Under the pieces are notes generated by a model, which was not told the origin of the DNA, ran no database searches, and saw only the letters and a list, made by a program, of their open reading frames with translations. Shown piece after piece: positions 61,672-64,000 of a DNA stretch of 64,000 nucleotides (position 1 is the stretch's first letter; every line of letters begins with the position of its first letter). Both the position numbers and the translations under genes were made by a program. The stretch is from contig CAVSBL010000002.1 in assembly GCA_963726255.1 (NCBI GenBank), positions 608,001-672,000 on the forward strand, written 5' to 3'. This stretch comes from Candidatus Bathyarchaeota archaeon. Lineage in GTDB: Archaea; Thermoproteota; Bathyarchaeia; 40CM-2-53-6.

Positions 61672-62892
61672 TCAAGAATAGAAGGGTAGTCCTAGCTTGG
61701 CAAGCCTGTATTTGAAGTACGGCCACGCCAATTTGGCTCGCACGTCCCGATACCGTAACGACCCATCCATCAATCCCACCATGCACTCCTGCACTTTCCG
61801 TTCTGAGAAGAAGAATTTGGCAACTCGTTCCATGTCATATTGCTCCAAGTAGCTGAAACAGGCAACACGGCATGCAACATCGAAATCGATCCCGAAGGCC
61901 TTTCGGCAACGTCGACCGTAACGGCCGAGAAAGCCCTTATCAAACCGACCCTTTTGGCATGCTTCTTCGGCTGTTTGTGCCGCGATCTGTCCACCCAATA
62001 TCGCGAAATAAATGCCCTCCCCGAGAAGGGGCTCGGCAAATCCGCCTGAATCGCCAGCGAGCAGAATCCTATTAGTAGCCAAAGGCACTTTGGCAATGCC
62101 GCCAAGCGGAATCAAATGAGCTTGTGGCCTCGGAACTTTTCGCCCACGCAGCTGAGGGATTTGCTTCACAAACCCATCGAACAGAGCGTGCGCATCACGA
62201 AGCCTGCTCAGGCGGCAACCCACCCCGACCGTCAGATGGTTGTCCTTTGGGAAAACCCAGCCGTACCCGGCAGCGGAGACGCCGAAGTATATGTCAAAAT
62301 AAGATTCGGGGCCAACGAAATCCTGTACACCTGTCTCTCCAACAGGAACTTCGCTTTCGATAGCGTAGGCGACTTCGTGGGGTTTCCACCGATCATAGAG
62401 CTGCCCATAACCTGCGGTTGGGCCACCCATCCCATCAGCACCGATAATCAGCCTTCCTTCAAATGAGCCATGGGAAGTTTTCACTTGAATATGAGAGTCG
62501 TTTGTTTCAATTCGCTGTGCAGGAGTTCCATCTTTGAGTTCTGCGCCAGCCTCCACAGCCTTGTCGGCTAAGAATGAGTCCAACCTGGTGCGAGAAGTCA
62601 TATAGACAAGCGTGCGGTCCGATTCGAAGTTGAAGCAATCTTCGTCGACATGAATTCGTGTCGACCTGGCAGTATATTCGATGAGTTCGTCAGGTAGGCT
62701 GAAGCCGAGTAATTTGATGACCTTAGGAGTAACGCCCCCGCCGCACAATTTGCTTCGCGGCAGCTTATCTTTCTCGAGTAGGAGAGTTTTCAGTCCGAGT
62801 TGGGCAGCGGTCCTCGCGGCTGAAGCACCTGCAGGCCCTGCTCCGACAACGATCAGGTCGTACAAGCGAATCTTTGCTCGACGCTGTAACAT
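61672..62892 (-). CDS. Geranylgeranyl reductase family flavoprotein
   Basis: VVGAGPAG, KLCGGG, IGADG, GYGWVFPK, LAGDSGG...GEGIYFA; start uncertain (62892 or TTG 62865). Confidence 0.9.
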   Translation of the reverse strand: MLQRRAKIRLYDLIVVGAGPAGASAARTAAQLGLKTLLLEKDKLPRSKLCGGGVTPKVIKLLGFSLPDELIEYTARSTRIHVDEDCFNFESDRTLVYMTSRTRLDSFLADKAVEAGAELKDGTPAQRIETNDSHIQVKTSHGSFEGRLIIGADGMGGPTAGYGQLYDRWKPHEVAYAIESEVPVGETGVQDFVGPESYFDIYFGVSAAGYGWVFPKDNHLTVGVGCRLSRLRDAHALFDGFVKQIPQLRGRKVPRPQAHLIPLGGIAKVPLATNRILLAGDSGGFAEPLLGEGIYFAILGGQIAAQTAEEACQKGRFDKGFLGRYGRRCRKAFGIDFDVACRVACFSYLEQYDMERVAKFFFSERKVQECMVGLMDGSLRYRDVRAKLAWPYFKYRLAKLGLPFYS

Positions 62893-63080
62893 TCTGCATT
62901 GTAGAGTGAGCGACAAATTAAGAGATTTTCCTGGACCTGAGGGTGCAAGCCCAAGTTATTATCATGAGTAATTCGGAAAGGAACCATACTTTAGGAATCG
63001 AAGGATTCAATTTGCTCCCGGGTCTGTAGATCGCTTCGTATTAGGGGATCGGGGCGTAAAATGAAGCGAGAGTTACCTGA

Positions 63081-63124
63081 GTTTGGCACCGTTTGGCACC
63101 ACCCTTCGACGGGTGGATCCACCC
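63081..63124 (-). repeat. Bipartite palindrome/direct-repeat motif, copy 3
   Basis: Minus strand GGGTGGATCCACCC-GTCGAAGGG-TGGTGCCAAACGGTGCCAAAC. Confidence 0.9.
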
Positions 63125-63452
63125 TCCACTTTTTCCAGAGCGGTTACGTGTATTTAGATGGGTTCTTGTCGAACTCTGACTTACAGGCAGCTGAGCAGAA
63201 ATAGTATTTCTTGTCGTTCTGTGAACTAGTGTACTTCGCCTGGGATTCCTGAACGTTCATCCTACAAACTGGGTCGACTGCCATACAATCGTCAACGCGC
63301 TATCTTGTGGCAATTGAATATGTAAGCTTGTTGCCAACGCGCGGCTCCATGAATTACCGAAACCGTTACGCCTTTCGCTCGCATCGATTAGTCTTCGACG
63401 TTGGGCCATAAGCTTAACATTCCAAAGAACTTTTGTCGTCATCTGAGCGTCC

Positions 63453-63992
63453 ATGCCACCCAAAGTCGGCAAAACCAGGACAGTTCCGAAATCCTTCAGA
63501 GTCGACGAAGCGGCACTTCAAGCGATTGAAAAGGATGCGGAAACACAAAACGTTAGCGTTAACACTCTTGTAAATCAGATTTTCAAGCAGTACGCTGATT
63601 ACGACCGATTCGCTCGCAAGATAAGCACTGTAAAATTGAGCAGCTCCACATTCCGTGGCTTACTCTCGTCTCTTGACACGGAGAGGGTGATTGAAGTCGC
63701 CAAGGCGTCCGGCAGTGGAGTCCCGCAGGCGTTGGCTACGGCCAAGAGCGGGCGTGTTGACATGAAAGCCTTGCTTGACCATATGCGGTATCTCGCTACC
63801 TATGCTCACCTCTGCGAGATGAGCGAAACGGTCGACTCACAAGGACAAAACGTATCCCTAATCCATGATTTTGGCCTCAACTGGTCAATTTTCTTGGTAC
63901 ACTACGTGACCGCAATGTTCGGACTGATAGGAGTGACACCGAAAATAGAGATGAGCGACAGATCGGTGTCCGTGACGATCCCCAACGTGTAG
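63453..63992 (+). CDS. Ribbon-helix-helix regulator with C-terminal V4R-like domain
   Basis: KSFRVDE...IEKDAETQNVSVNTLVNQIF RHH pattern; IHDFGLNWSIF. Confidence 0.75.
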   Translation: MPPKVGKTRTVPKSFRVDEAALQAIEKDAETQNVSVNTLVNQIFKQYADYDRFARKISTVKLSSSTFRGLLSSLDTERVIEVAKASGSGVPQALATAKSGRVDMKALLDHMRYLATYAHLCEMSETVDSQGQNVSLIHDFGLNWSIFLVHYVTAMFGLIGVTPKIEMSDRSVSVTIPNV

Positions 63993-64000
63993 CTGCAATA

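Overview
Archaeal chromosomal DNA from a TACK/Thermoproteota lineage. Bathyarchaeia is my best guess, inferred from gene content: archaeal ThrRS, eS26, Alba, CdvABC, DUF1616 proteins, a PEF-CTERM protein and frequent TTG/GTG starts. 1-30 kb is a cell-surface and glycosylation island: membrane proteins, GT2/GT4 glycosyltransferases, NDP-sugar enzymes, a flippase, a 1.4k-aa PEF-CTERM protein and many decayed or chimeric gene fragments. 30.5-35.3 kb is an accessory patch with AbrB/PIN toxin-antitoxin genes between 42-bp direct repeats. 35-64 kb is mostly core genes: thrS, rps26e, proS, aspartase/fumarase, 2-oxoacid:ferredoxin oxidoreductase, alba, argS, tRNA-Arg and a GGR-family reductase. The strongest second-look items are (1) a six-gene cdv operon with three ESCRT-III paralogs and an embedded Lrp/AsnC regulator, (2) a tRNA-Cys(GCA) gene with three BHB-type introns at 8/9, 37/38 and 48/49, (3) three dispersed copies of a bipartite DNA motif GGGTGGATCCACCC-N9-TGGYGCCAAAYGGTGCCA, and (4) a sulfur-relay-like cluster of a MoeB-like E1, a THUMP-less ThiI and a stand-alone copy of the E1 C-terminal domain. 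Several single-base frameshifts in housekeeping genes look like assembly errors. All family calls come from motif recognition by eye, with no database searches.
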